64,000 nt of DNA. Source: Bacteroidia bacterium. Lineage in GTDB: Bacteria; Bacteroidota; Bacteroidia; JADZBD01. The stretch's first letter is position 1. The number at the start of each line of letters is the position of its first letter. The notes below the pieces were generated by a model. That model was not told the origin of the DNA and made no database searches. It saw nothing but the letters and a program-made list of their open reading frames with translations. Positions 9,714 to 20,137 of the stretch are shown piece by piece. The translations under genes were made by a program, and so were the position numbers. The stretch is from positions 10,913 through 74,912 of the forward strand of contig JAGVMA010000068.1 in assembly GCA_020054095.1 (NCBI GenBank), written 5' to 3'.

Positions 9714-11611
9714 GTAAAAAAAATAATATAGCCGGCACGAAAAATAAAAAGCAGCAAAAAAACGACAGCTCCACTTATTATTTGCTGGTAATTATACTGG
9801 TTACGTTCATCGCTTTTTCCGAAATATTAAAAAACGATTTTGTGAATTTTGACGATCCACAATACGTTACCGAAAACCCTATTGTACAAGATTTAAACGC
9901 AGCTAACTTTAAATTGTTTTTTACTCAGCAATTTGTAGGCAACTACCAGCCGCTAACAATGCTTTTTTATGCTATTCAATTTAAATTTTTTGGAGCAACA
10001 GCAGGTAGTTTTCATTTTGTGAGTTTGCTTTTTCACATTTTTAACGCATTACTACTTTTCAAAATTGTAGAACATCTTTTTAAGAGCGATAGAACAGCGT
10101 TTATTGTAGCCATTCTCTTTGGCATCCATCCGTTACATGTGGAGTCAGTTGCGTGGATAGCTTCGCAAAAAGATGTGTTTTACACTTTATTTTTCTTACT
10201 TTCTATTTGGTACTATTTGCATTACAGAGCAAATAGGATAAGCAAGTATCTGATTTTTTCAGCACTGTTTTTTATTTGTTCCATTTTATGTAAAGCACAG
10301 GCAGTGGTTCTGCCCGTAGTTCTATTATTGCTCGATTATTTGCTTGAAGAAAAAATTATGCTTACACACTTGAAAAATAAATTGCTGTTTTTTTTATTGG
10401 CATTTGTGTTCGGGTTAATAGCAGTTAAAGCGCAAGGCCAAGCTGGTGCTATGCAAGATTTCACTTATTTCCGGTTTCATGAGCGCGTGTTGTTTGCATC
10501 TTATGCATTTGCAAATTATTTATATCAAACTATTTTGCCAGTTAAGCTTTCGGTTTTTTATCCCTACCCCGAAACCAATGGCGATATAAATAACAGTATG
10601 GTTTATCTCTCCGGCATTCTTGTTTTGGTGGTTCTTTTTTTAGTTTGGTATTTCCGCAAAGAAAAAATGATTGTATTTGGTTTTTTGTTTTTTTGCATAA
10701 CCATCGCACTGTTATTGCAGCTTATACCTGTGGGTGATGCAATTCATGCCGACCGCTACTCTTATCTTTCACTCATCGGATTGTTTGTTATTATCGGATG
10801 TTATCTTAACCGCTACATTGAAAAAAATGGAAACATTAAATATGTTGCAATGGCAGTTGGCGTTTTGCTTTTAGCGAAAACTTATTCGCAAACCGCAGTA
10901 TGGAATAATAATTTAGCACTTTATACAAATGCAATTAATATTGAACCAGCCGCCATCACATTAAGTAATCGTGGTGCCGAGTATTATAAGCAGGGTATGT
11001 TTACCGAAGCCCTTGCTGACTTTACTGAAGTGGTAAACTCTAAACCAAATTTTCCAAATATTTTTACAAATCGTGCGCTCACTTATCAGCAATTAGGAAA
11101 ACACACCGAAGCAATAGCTGATTTTTCATCCTCAATAAAAATTTATCCCACTAATTTTACGCTTTATGCTTCAAGAGCAATTTCTTACAAAGCGCTAAAA
11201 GAAACTCTAAAAGCAATTGACGATTATTCTCAGATTATTAAAATAAATGCCGGTGTAGTAGATGCTTGGTATGCGCGTGCCGAATTATACGGGCAGCAAA
11301 ACAAACTTAACGAAGCACTTGCCGATTTAACGGAAAGTATAAAGCTGAAACCTAACTTTTTTGAAGCATATAACAATCGCGCTATAGTTTATAGCATGAT
11401 GGGGAACCTAAACATGGCAATTGCCGACTACTCAAAAGCAATAGAAATTAATCCGAAGTTTTTTAATGCCTATGTAAACCGAGGCATTCTCTATAAAAAT
11501 GCAGGTGCATTTAAAGAAGCATTGGCCGATATTAATTTTGCAAAAGCGAATGGCTACCCGATTGACGAAAAGTTTTTGAATGAAATAGTTCAGTTGGCTG
11601 CCGGACAATAG
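9710..11611 (+). CDS. TMTC-like GT-C membrane glycosyltransferase with C-terminal TPR repeats
   Basis: DFVNFDD first-loop motif, YQPLT, FGIHPLHVESVAW, L.CK, ADRYSYL, WNNN..LY, then multiple TPRs. ATGA overlap with cotH stop. Confidence 0.82.
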   Translation: MSKKNNIAGTKNKKQQKNDSSTYYLLVIILVTFIAFSEILKNDFVNFDDPQYVTENPIVQDLNAANFKLFFTQQFVGNYQPLTMLFYAIQFKFFGATAGSFHFVSLLFHIFNALLLFKIVEHLFKSDRTAFIVAILFGIHPLHVESVAWIASQKDVFYTLFFLLSIWYYLHYRANRISKYLIFSALFFICSILCKAQAVVLPVVLLLLDYLLEEKIMLTHLKNKLLFFLLAFVFGLIAVKAQGQAGAMQDFTYFRFHERVLFASYAFANYLYQTILPVKLSVFYPYPETNGDINNSMVYLSGILVLVVLFLVWYFRKEKMIVFGFLFFCITIALLLQLIPVGDAIHADRYSYLSLIGLFVIIGCYLNRYIEKNGNIKYVAMAVGVLLLAKTYSQTAVWNNNLALYTNAINIEPAAITLSNRGAEYYKQGMFTEALADFTEVVNSKPNFPNIFTNRALTYQQLGKHTEAIADFSSSIKIYPTNFTLYASRAISYKALKETLKAIDDYSQIIKINAGVVDAWYARAELYGQQNKLNEALADLTESIKLKPNFFEAYNNRAIVYSMMGNLNMAIADYSKAIEINPKFFNAYVNRGILYKNAGAFKEALADINFAKANGYPIDEKFLNEIVQLAAGQ

Positions 11612-11661
11612 CAGTGGCCGAAATGTTTAGTGCGAAAATAAATTCTTCATTTGTTTAGAAA

Positions 11662-11692
11662 AAAATAAGCTGCTTTTAAGGCAGCTTATTTT
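11662..11692. terminator. Bidirectional intrinsic terminator
   Basis: AAAATAAGCTGC-TTTTAAG-GCAGCTTATTTT between convergent genes. Confidence 0.85.
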
Positions 11693-11709
11693 CGTAGTTA
11701 AGGCAACTG

Positions 11710-13650
11710 TTAATTAATAATAATTTGTTTTTGAACTGTTGAGCCATCTGTGATAACTCTTAATGAATAAACGCCTTGCGCTAAATTGCTAATTGCAATT
11801 TTGTTGTTCACTACACGCCCGGTGTAAACCACTTTACCTAAAGCATCCACAATTTCTAATACAGCATTAGAAATATTTGGCAATTCAATAAAGAAATTAC
11901 CATTGCTTGGGTTAGGATAAACAGATAAGTTTTCGGCAGTTAATTCTTCGGTTACCGATGTTGGGAAAGAAACAGCAACCGTGTTAGTTGTTGAGCATCC
12001 AATAGCATCAGTAATTACTACCGTGTAGATGCCTGGCATTAAACCGGTAGCAGTTTGTGTAGTTTGTCCGTTGCTCCATGAATATGTGTAAGGGCCAATT
12101 CCGCCAACAGGTGTTGCAGTTGCGTTTCCATCGGTACAATTGCCACAAGAGGCATCCACAAAACTTGTATCAGATGCAATTGGTGAATTAGCACAAGTAG
12201 CAAAGTTTGGTCTTATAACATAAGATTTTGCAAAGTTACTCCCGAAATCTTCCGGATTTGACCAGCCGCCATTAGGGTTAGTAGGCCAGTTTACCCAACC
12301 TCTGTTATTGGTAAAGCGGTTGTTTGTTTGTCCAAGTTGAATGGTACTGTCAGCCGGAAATTCTACCATTGTAACTGCATATCGGCCGGTATTTAGCATC
12401 ATTGCATTGTTACGAATGTCTAATGTGTAGAAACGCGCAGAATCATCAGGATACAAAATTGTATCAGTACCGCCAATAATACTGTTAGGCATTCCGTTCA
12501 CCATGTCCCAAATTACGATTGCACACCTTCTGCCTGTGTAACCGCGGGTAACATAAGCTGATACTGATGATACATAAGCAGGATTTACAATAATAAAATC
12601 TTGACCAACATAACCTCCATTGCCGGCACCAATTCCTAAGCCCCCCACCACAGTAGCATCATCGCGTCCGTAAACGCTATCGGTAATATCCACATAGTTT
12701 GATACCGTCATCGAATCGTTGCCCATGATTTGGTCAGCTTCATTTATCAGTACTTTATATTTAATAGAGTACACATCAACAACACTTGGTGCAAAACCCG
12801 GAACAGTTAATACCGATGTTGCATTAGGTGCTAAAGTAGGTACAGCGTTGCTTGTAGAGGTATAAACTAATGTGTTAGTGCTGTTCATCACATCCACTTT
12901 TAAACGAACATTAGTTACATTTTGTAAACCATTGTTACGTACTGTAGCTGTTAAATCAAGTGGTTGTGTTTCTACTAATGGAATTAAAGTATATTCAGTA
13001 GCAGTATCGGCCATGAGTACCGATGCATCGTAATTGGTTTGTTGTTCCACCACCACATCATCTATTAACAATAAAAATTTATCGTTAGAGTTATTGCGGA
13101 ATGCGATACGAACTGTTTGCCCGGTGTAGGCAGATAAGCTAAGTTGGCGAGCAGTCCAAGTTGTGTTTTCGGCAGCTATGGTGAATAATTGCGTTGATGC
13201 CGAAACCATGTTGCCAAGGTTTCCGGTAGTGCCCGTAGGTACGTTTGGCGATACCATTATTCTTATTTCATAACCATCAGGGTAAGAAGCATCGTAAGTA
13301 ACTGCATTCCATTTAAAAACACAATTAGGTGTGATGTTAATTGGAGGCGTCCACATCCAATCATCTGCTGCACCGGCAGGTGCGTACCACGATGTGCTAA
13401 ATGCGCACGAGTCAGCTACGTTAAACGAAAAATCTTCGCGTCTTTCCCACGCATCATTAACATAAGCTACAGAGGCAGCCGGTGTGCGGTTATCTACGTT
13501 TACCAGCATCCAGCCAGCCGGAAATTGGTAAGTACCAGCGCCACCACTTGTGGGGCCTCCTACAAAATCAAAATCTTCTTGAAATATAATTTGACCATTA
13601 ACGGTACCAATTAATAAAATGCCAGAAACAATTAGTAATAGTTTTTTCAT
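11710..13650 (-). CDS. T9SS-secreted protein with cleaved-adhesin-like (choice-of-anchor J) domain and one SprB-like repeat
   Basis: Signal peptide; FQEDF...W...NVD, ADDWMWTP, LSAY.GQ.VRIAFR...IDDV; GG.GPYTYSWSNG..T..ATGL.PG.YTV.ITDA.GC; VYPNPS CTD. Confidence 0.82.
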   Translation of the reverse strand: MKKLLLIVSGILLIGTVNGQIIFQEDFDFVGGPTSGGAGTYQFPAGWMLVNVDNRTPAASVAYVNDAWERREDFSFNVADSCAFSTSWYAPAGAADDWMWTPPINITPNCVFKWNAVTYDASYPDGYEIRIMVSPNVPTGTTGNLGNMVSASTQLFTIAAENTTWTARQLSLSAYTGQTVRIAFRNNSNDKFLLLIDDVVVEQQTNYDASVLMADTATEYTLIPLVETQPLDLTATVRNNGLQNVTNVRLKVDVMNSTNTLVYTSTSNAVPTLAPNATSVLTVPGFAPSVVDVYSIKYKVLINEADQIMGNDSMTVSNYVDITDSVYGRDDATVVGGLGIGAGNGGYVGQDFIIVNPAYVSSVSAYVTRGYTGRRCAIVIWDMVNGMPNSIIGGTDTILYPDDSARFYTLDIRNNAMMLNTGRYAVTMVEFPADSTIQLGQTNNRFTNNRGWVNWPTNPNGGWSNPEDFGSNFAKSYVIRPNFATCANSPIASDTSFVDASCGNCTDGNATATPVGGIGPYTYSWSNGQTTQTATGLMPGIYTVVITDAIGCSTTNTVAVSFPTSVTEELTAENLSVYPNPSNGNFFIELPNISNAVLEIVDALGKVVYTGRVVNNKIAISNLAQGVYSLRVITDGSTVQKQIIIN

Positions 13651-13677
13651 GTATTTGAATGTTTTTTAGTTTGGGCG

Positions 13678-13685
13678 CAAAAGTA
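13678..13685 (-). promoter_or_regulatory. -7 promoter element for adhesin-like gene
   Basis: Minus strand TACTTTTG, 27 nt upstream of ATG 13650. Confidence 0.6.
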
Positions 13686-13729
13686 TTGTAAATGCCCAAC
13701 TACGCAATAATTAGTAGATATAATGTTAA

Positions 13730-14014
13730 TTATTTTTTTACAATCACAAAAATATCCTCGTTGTCTTTTTTCATGAGGTATTTTTCGCGGGCAAATTTTT
13801 CTAAGTTCCCTTTGTTGGTTTGCAACTCCATCATTTCGCGCTTGTTTTGTTCGGTTTCGGTTTTGTAGTAATCGCGCTCGGTTTCTAATTTTTTTAATTT
13901 GCTGGTGAGTTCATATTGCGAAAACAAATCGTTTTTATCAAAAAAGGTAACCCACACCGCTAAAAACAGAAGTGTGATGATGTATTTGTTTTTGAAAAGT
14001 TTTAAAATTCGCAT
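13730..14014 (-). CDS. ftsB: Septum formation initiator FtsB/DivIC family
   Basis: Single TM helix (W..FFD.N), coiled coil, LEKFAREKYLMKK.NEDIF. Confidence 0.85.
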   Translation of the reverse strand: MRILKLFKNKYIITLLFLAVWVTFFDKNDLFSQYELTSKLKKLETERDYYKTETEQNKREMMELQTNKGNLEKFAREKYLMKKDNEDIFVIVKK

Positions 14015-14102
14015 GGCACAAATTTATTTCGCATTTTTATACTGTGAAAATGTATCCTTTTCAGGTTTTATGCGTTAAACAGCAGTTCTCAATTCATAGA
14101 TA

Positions 14103-14855
14103 ATGATAAAAAATACCCTAATTATGTCAGCAGTTAGTTTTGCAATAATATTGCCCAGTTCTTTTATTGACGAAAGCTTTAAGGCATCGCAGCAAAAAAA
14201 TACAAGGGTTAAAACGGCCTACACCGATAAGGAAAAAACAGTTGCCGATTTGCTGAAAGCTAAAAATATCAACATTTTATCGGTTAATATCTTCATCCGA
14301 GTATTTAAGCAAGACGGAATATTGGAACTGTGGGCGAAAAATAAATCGGATGTATCTTATCAGTTACTTAACGCATATCCTATATGTGCTATGAGCGGAA
14401 CCATTGGCCCCAAACGGAAAATGGGCGATATGCAAACGCCCGAGGGCTTTTATCATATTGACAGATTTAACCCCGCAAGCAATTTTTTTCTATCACTTGG
14501 CATAAATTATCCTAATAGCTCAGATAAAATATTTAGCAAAGGACACAACCCGGGTGGCGATATTTTTATTCACGGTAATTGCGTTTCTATCGGCTGCATG
14601 GCAATTACCGATGATTTGATAAAAGAGGTTTACATTTTGGCAGTAGAAGCTAAAAACAATGGTCAGCAAAAAATTCCGGTGCACATTTTTCCATTTAAAC
14701 TAACAGATGATAATATCGCCAAACAAAAAAAAGGAGTTGAACAATCAACCATTGATTTATGGAATAACCTAAAAGCAGGTTTTAATTTTTTTGAAGAAAA
14801 AAAAACCTTGCCAAAAATCGCTGTTTCTACTACCGGAAAATACATTTTTAGCTAA
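14103..14855 (+). CDS. YkuD L,D-transpeptidase-fold enzyme, YafK/DpaA-like
   Basis: IFIRVFK....LELW, YPIC..SG..GPK...GD.QTPEGFY, INYPN..D, GGDIFIHGNCVSIGC, PVHIFPF, W.NLK.G. Confidence 0.88.
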   Translation: MIKNTLIMSAVSFAIILPSSFIDESFKASQQKNTRVKTAYTDKEKTVADLLKAKNINILSVNIFIRVFKQDGILELWAKNKSDVSYQLLNAYPICAMSGTIGPKRKMGDMQTPEGFYHIDRFNPASNFFLSLGINYPNSSDKIFSKGHNPGGDIFIHGNCVSIGCMAITDDLIKEVYILAVEAKNNGQQKIPVHIFPFKLTDDNIAKQKKGVEQSTIDLWNNLKAGFNFFEEKKTLPKIAVSTTGKYIFS

Positions 14856-14908
14856 CTGAGTATTTCATATTTATTTACCTTGTAACCCTATAAGTTTTAC
14901 AAATCAAC

Positions 14909-17900
14909 ATGAGCAAGAAACTCTATTTTACAGCCGTACTCTCACTTATTTTTTCAGCGATTTTATTTTCACAAGGAAGAATAAAGCCATTAGTAAAATC
15001 ATCAGAAGTTATTAATGAAGGTATAAAGCTACACGATGCCGAAAAGTACGATGATGCAATTGCAAAATACAAATCAATAAACCGAAACGATAGTAATTAT
15101 GTGTATGCAATGGCAGAATTGTCGTACTCCTATTTTTCGAATAAACAGCACAACGCTGCGGTTGATTTATGTAAAGAAATGCTAAAGAAAGCAAAAACAT
15201 ATCGCTACATGTTTTACAACTCGCTTGGAAATTCGTTAGATGAACTTAACCGAACAGAAGAAGGTATTGCGGCATATAAGCAAGGCTTGGCCGAATTTAG
15301 GCACCAATATTTGTTAGCATTTAACTTGGGAGTAGCTTACAATAAAATTGAAAATGCCGATTCGGCATTACACTACTTGCAAAAAGCAGTTATCATAAAT
15401 CCTTACCACGCATCAAGCCATTTACTAATTGGCAATATTGCTTTAAAGCAGGGCCGAGTTCCGCATGCATTTATGGCCTATAGTTTTTTTCTTACTATGG
15501 AACCTGAATCTGAGCGCGCCCGCGAAATAGTTTTGAAAATGGATAAAGTAGCATCTGACGATTATGAATTTGATAAAACCAAACTTGTTGACCCATCAAA
15601 ATTCAAGAACGATAATTTTGATGACATAGCAGATTTAATGAAAACCAAAATTGCGTTAGCTAAAAAATACAAATCGGTTTCTAAATTAGAATTTCCTATT
15701 ACAAAGCAAATGCAGCTGATGCTCGAAAAACTAAAGTATAACGAAAATGATAAAGGATTTTTCATGCAATTCTACGTGCCTTATTACACCGAGCTATGGA
15801 AAAAAGGTCAGTTTAAAGCTTATGCCTATTATCAGTTAGCAAGCGTAGGTATTGAGAAAGTGCAAGATTGGTTAAAAGGCAACAAAAGTAAAACTGGTGC
15901 ATTTGAAAAATGGGCTGTTGATTATATCAAAAAGCAGCAGAAGCAAATGCCGGAGGTGGTGAACGGTAAAGAGCAAAAACTAACTCGCTGGTATTATCAA
16001 GATCATTTGCTTGAAGCATTGGGCGATAAAACGCTTGATGGGAAATACAAAGGCGATTGGGTGTTCTTTTATTATGGCGGAATAAAATCTGCCGAAGGTT
16101 CATTTGATGCAAAAGGCGAAAAAACAGGCGAATGGAAATGGTATTACAAAGATGGTACGCTGCAAGAAAAATCAATATTTGTTAATGGTCAGCGCGATGG
16201 CATACTCGAACTTTATCACGAAAACGGAGTTATAATGCGCTCCACCACATTTAAAAATGGAAAGCGAAACGGGTCGTTAAAGGAATACTATTCTACAGGC
16301 GAATTAAAATCAGAAGGAAACATTGTGAACGAAAAAACAGAAGGATTGGTGAAATATTATTTCCCGAACGGCAAGCTGAGATATGAAATAAATTATAAAG
16401 CTGATGAATTGGATGGCAGTTTTGTGATGTATCACAACAATGGCAAAATAGATACGAAAGCAAATTTTGTAAACGGCAAAAAACAAGGCAAAGCCGAATA
16501 TTTTTTCGCTGACGGACAATTAGAGCAAGAAGGCGGATTTAAAGACGATAAACAATTTGGCGATTGGAAATTTTATTTTGATGAGGGCAAGCTAAAGCGC
16601 GTTTCAAAGTTTAATGAAAAAGGACAATACGCAGGCGAGTACAAAGAGTATTACCGAAACGGAAAAGTAAAATCGGAAGCAAATTATACTTCTAATGGAA
16701 AGCCCGATGGTCCTTACAAAGAATACATGAAAGACGGAACTTTGTGGAGCGAGTTGGTATACAAAGGCGAGCAATTACAATCTTATAAATACTTCGATAA
16801 AGCAGGCACAGTAATTTCGCAAGGCGAAAAATCAGGCAAGAAAATTAAAGTGCTTGCAAAATATCAAAACGGAAATAATAAAGCTGAAGGAGAATATTTG
16901 GGAACTGAAAAAGATGGCGAGTGGAAATTTTATGATGTTTATGGAAACTTGTCGTCAGTTGAAAACTACAAAGATGGAAAATTAGAGGGCTCCGTAAAAA
17001 ATTATTTTGATAACGGTAACTTGCGAATAGAGCGAGAATACATTGATGATACGGAAGATGGTTACGCGAAATTTTATTACAGAAATGGAGTTTTAAAATC
17101 CGAAGGATGGTACAAAGGCGGAACCGAGCAAGGTGAATGGACTACTTATTTCTTGAATGGAAGAGTGAAAGAGCGGAGCTATTTTGAATCGGGCGAGGAA
17201 AGCGGCTACCAAATGTTTTATACACCACAAGGGTTTTTAAAATACGAGATGCTTTACAAATATGGCTTTTTAAACTCAGCTTGTTATTACGACTCTACAG
17301 GGAAAATTACTGACGAAATAAAACTAAACAATGGCGATGGCGATTATATTATTCACTTCCCAAACGGAAAAGAGTATGCAAAAATTAATTACAAAAATGG
17401 ATTGGCCGAAGGCAATTCAATATTTTACACTCCATCAGGAAAAATAATTGAAGAAGGTAATTATACAAACGATAAGCGCATTGGATTATGGAAGGGAAAT
17501 TACGACAACGGCAATCCTGAATTTGAACACAATTATTTTGATGGTTATTTACAAGGCAATGCAAAATGGTATCACGAAGACGGCAACCTTTCATCCGAAT
17601 CGGAATACAGTGCAGGGGATTTTCATGGTCCGCGAAAAAACTATTACAGCAATAAGCAATTAGAAAAAGATGCAAATTATGAAGATGATAAAGCCGAAGG
17701 CATTTTTAGCTACTATTCTCCAGATGGCGCGCTTATGAACAAACGAATGTTCGAGAGCGATGTGATGCTGTGGTACACATATCTGGGTAAAGATGGAAAA
17801 CAATTGGCAAGTATTTCGATGGTGAACGAAACGGGCAAGATGATTACCTATTTCCAAAACGGAAATAAATCACAAGAGCAAGAATATAGAAAAGGATACT

Positions 17901-18211
17901 TAGTAAATAATCGTGTGTTATATTACTCTACTGGAAAAATATTTAAAGAAGAGTTTTATAAAGATGGTTACCAAGAAGGCATAACTAAAGAATTTTATGC
18001 AAGCGGCACGTTAAAAAAAGAAGAGAATTACTTTGTGGATATGCTGCATGGATATTCAAAGCAATATCACGATAACGGAAAGCCAAGCCAAAATGGAGAA
18101 TATGTGTACGGAGAAAAACATGGTGAGTGGAAAATTTTTGATAAAACAGGTAAACTTATTTTAACCAAGTATTATAATAATGGTGTTTTGTATGATGAAA
18201 AAAACAATTAG
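14909..18211 (+). CDS. Exported TPR plus MORN-variant (YwqK-like) repeat protein
   Basis: Signal peptide, N-terminal TPRs, then about 740 aa of G.W..YY.NG.L..EG.Y..G repeats. Confidence 0.85.
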   Translation: MSKKLYFTAVLSLIFSAILFSQGRIKPLVKSSEVINEGIKLHDAEKYDDAIAKYKSINRNDSNYVYAMAELSYSYFSNKQHNAAVDLCKEMLKKAKTYRYMFYNSLGNSLDELNRTEEGIAAYKQGLAEFRHQYLLAFNLGVAYNKIENADSALHYLQKAVIINPYHASSHLLIGNIALKQGRVPHAFMAYSFFLTMEPESERAREIVLKMDKVASDDYEFDKTKLVDPSKFKNDNFDDIADLMKTKIALAKKYKSVSKLEFPITKQMQLMLEKLKYNENDKGFFMQFYVPYYTELWKKGQFKAYAYYQLASVGIEKVQDWLKGNKSKTGAFEKWAVDYIKKQQKQMPEVVNGKEQKLTRWYYQDHLLEALGDKTLDGKYKGDWVFFYYGGIKSAEGSFDAKGEKTGEWKWYYKDGTLQEKSIFVNGQRDGILELYHENGVIMRSTTFKNGKRNGSLKEYYSTGELKSEGNIVNEKTEGLVKYYFPNGKLRYEINYKADELDGSFVMYHNNGKIDTKANFVNGKKQGKAEYFFADGQLEQEGGFKDDKQFGDWKFYFDEGKLKRVSKFNEKGQYAGEYKEYYRNGKVKSEANYTSNGKPDGPYKEYMKDGTLWSELVYKGEQLQSYKYFDKAGTVISQGEKSGKKIKVLAKYQNGNNKAEGEYLGTEKDGEWKFYDVYGNLSSVENYKDGKLEGSVKNYFDNGNLRIEREYIDDTEDGYAKFYYRNGVLKSEGWYKGGTEQGEWTTYFLNGRVKERSYFESGEESGYQMFYTPQGFLKYEMLYKYGFLNSACYYDSTGKITDEIKLNNGDGDYIIHFPNGKEYAKINYKNGLAEGNSIFYTPSGKIIEEGNYTNDKRIGLWKGNYDNGNPEFEHNYFDGYLQGNAKWYHEDGNLSSESEYSAGDFHGPRKNYYSNKQLEKDANYEDDKAEGIFSYYSPDGALMNKRMFESDVMLWYTYLGKDGKQLASISMVNETGKMITYFQNGNKSQEQEYRKGYLVNNRVLYYSTGKIFKEEFYKDGYQEGITKEFYASGTLKKEENYFVDMLHGYSKQYHDNGKPSQNGEYVYGEKHGEWKIFDKTGKLILTKYYNNGVLYDEKNN

Positions 18212-20129
18212 TTCGGTATTCATTTTTGCTTTTTTAACGGCATCTGTTTTTGCGCAATCAGAAGAAGACTTGGCTGCTATTAAAGAAACGTATAAAAAAG
18301 AAAATGCCGTTTATCTTACCCGAAAAGAAAGTTCGGTGATAAAAGTTGAAGCTGATGGTATAAAAATTTACACCAGCCATCAAGAGGAAATGCTCATGCT
18401 AACAACAAGTGCATCGCTTTATTCCGAGCGCTCTATTTCATCATCACATTTTGAAAAATTGGATAAAATAGACGCAAAAACCCTGGTGCCAAATGAAAAC
18501 GGAAAAGGTTATAGAACATATACGGTTTCTAATTTTAAAACCGAGAGCGATATTAGCAGCGGTGTTTTTTACGATGATTATAAAAATACTTCGTTTTATT
18601 TTCCTGGAATGCAAAAGGGGGCACGTGCAATTTTAAATTACAAAGATGTTTTATCCGAGCCGCGTTTTTTTGGCGCATTCTTTTTTAGCTCGTATGTGCC
18701 TGTGCATAAAACTGAGTTTTCCGTAATCGTTCCATCATCAGTAAAAATAAACTACAAGCTTTTTAACCTGAATGAACAAGATGTAAATTTTACTCGAACA
18801 AAATCGGGAAGCAATACCATTTACTCTTGGAAAATGACCGGAGTTAAAAAATTTAGTTTTGAAGACGATGCCCCAAACATTCGCTATTATGCGCCACACG
18901 TTGTTGTGCAGATAGATAGTTACACAATAAAGGGCAATACAATAAAGCTACTGTCAGATGTTTCTGCACTTTACAGTTGGTATTCATCAATGGTAAAAGA
19001 TGTGAATAAAGAAGACGATTCGCAGTTAAAAAACATAACCGATTCGCTTGTTAAAGACCAACAAAACGAATTAGATAAAGTGAAAAAAATATTTTATTGG
19101 GTACAAGACAATATAAAATATGTAGCTTTTGAAGATGGCATGGGCGGCTTTATTCCGCGCGAAGCATCAAAAATATGTGAGCGCAGATATGGCGATTGCA
19201 AAGACATGGCAAGCATTATCACAACAATGTTAAAGTATGCGGGTATCAAAGCTTATCTCACTTGGATAGGCACACGCGATATTCCATACACTTATGCGCA
19301 AGTGCCCGCACCTTTTTCAGATAACCACATGATTGCAACTTATATTTCGCCCGATGGCAAATATTATTTTTTGGATGGAACAGGTAAAAATGCCGCTATT
19401 GATATGCCTACTTCTATGATACAGGGCAAAGAAGCGCTGATAGGAAAAACCGAAAAAGATTTTGAAGTAGTTAAAGTCCCTGAAATGCCTAAGGAAACCA
19501 ATTTGTATGCCGACACAGCCAATTTATTTATCATTGATAATACACTTAAAGGGCATGGCAGCGCAAGCTGCACTGGTTACGATAAAATCAGAGTATCGTA
19601 TCAGATGCAAAACTATACCGAAGAAGACAAACTGAAGATTATAAAAGGATATGTGCAAAAGGGCAGTAATAAGTTTTCTGTTGATTCAATAAAGTATTCA
19701 AATTTATTTGAAAGAGAAAAGCTGCTTTTGCTCAATTACAAATTCAAATTGCCCGATTATTTAAAAATTAATGGCAACGAAATGTATTTGAACATGAACC
19801 TCGATAAATCCTGGCAAGGTGATTTGATTGATATTGCGGAGCGAACATCGCCCAGAGAGATGGATCATAAGTTTATTAACAAGCACGTTACAGTTATTGA
19901 AATTCCTGCAGGATATACTGTTACTTATATTCCTGAATCAACTAAATACGAGAATATAGAATTTGGTTACGAAATGAAATATTTTCAAATGGGGAACAAA
20001 TTATACTTACAAAAACAATTATACATTGATGTGCTTGTAATCGAATTGTCTGATTTTGAGGAATGGAACAAAATGATAAAACAACTAAACAAGGCCTATA
20101 ACGAAAGCATAATAATTAAAAAGAAATAA
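18195..20129 (+). CDS. DUF3857 plus transglutaminase-like protein, catalytic triad intact
   Basis: Signal peptide; IFYWVQDNIKYVAFEDG.GG.IP, YGDCKD (Cys), DNHMI (His), FLDGT (Asp). Start 18192 or 18195; overlaps upstream stop. Confidence 0.88.
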   Translation: MKKTISSVFIFAFLTASVFAQSEEDLAAIKETYKKENAVYLTRKESSVIKVEADGIKIYTSHQEEMLMLTTSASLYSERSISSSHFEKLDKIDAKTLVPNENGKGYRTYTVSNFKTESDISSGVFYDDYKNTSFYFPGMQKGARAILNYKDVLSEPRFFGAFFFSSYVPVHKTEFSVIVPSSVKINYKLFNLNEQDVNFTRTKSGSNTIYSWKMTGVKKFSFEDDAPNIRYYAPHVVVQIDSYTIKGNTIKLLSDVSALYSWYSSMVKDVNKEDDSQLKNITDSLVKDQQNELDKVKKIFYWVQDNIKYVAFEDGMGGFIPREASKICERRYGDCKDMASIITTMLKYAGIKAYLTWIGTRDIPYTYAQVPAPFSDNHMIATYISPDGKYYFLDGTGKNAAIDMPTSMIQGKEALIGKTEKDFEVVKVPEMPKETNLYADTANLFIIDNTLKGHGSASCTGYDKIRVSYQMQNYTEEDKLKIIKGYVQKGSNKFSVDSIKYSNLFEREKLLLLNYKFKLPDYLKINGNEMYLNMNLDKSWQGDLIDIAERTSPREMDHKFINKHVTVIEIPAGYTVTYIPESTKYENIEFGYEMKYFQMGNKLYLQKQLYIDVLVIELSDFEEWNKMIKQLNKAYNESIIIKKK

Positions 20130-20137
20130 ATGAGATT

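Noticed and set aside
14909..18211. YwqK antitoxin or toxin-antitoxin system
   Set aside because: YwqK similarity reflects generic MORN-variant repeats. The protein is 1100 aa and exported, and no toxin or deaminase gene is adjacent.
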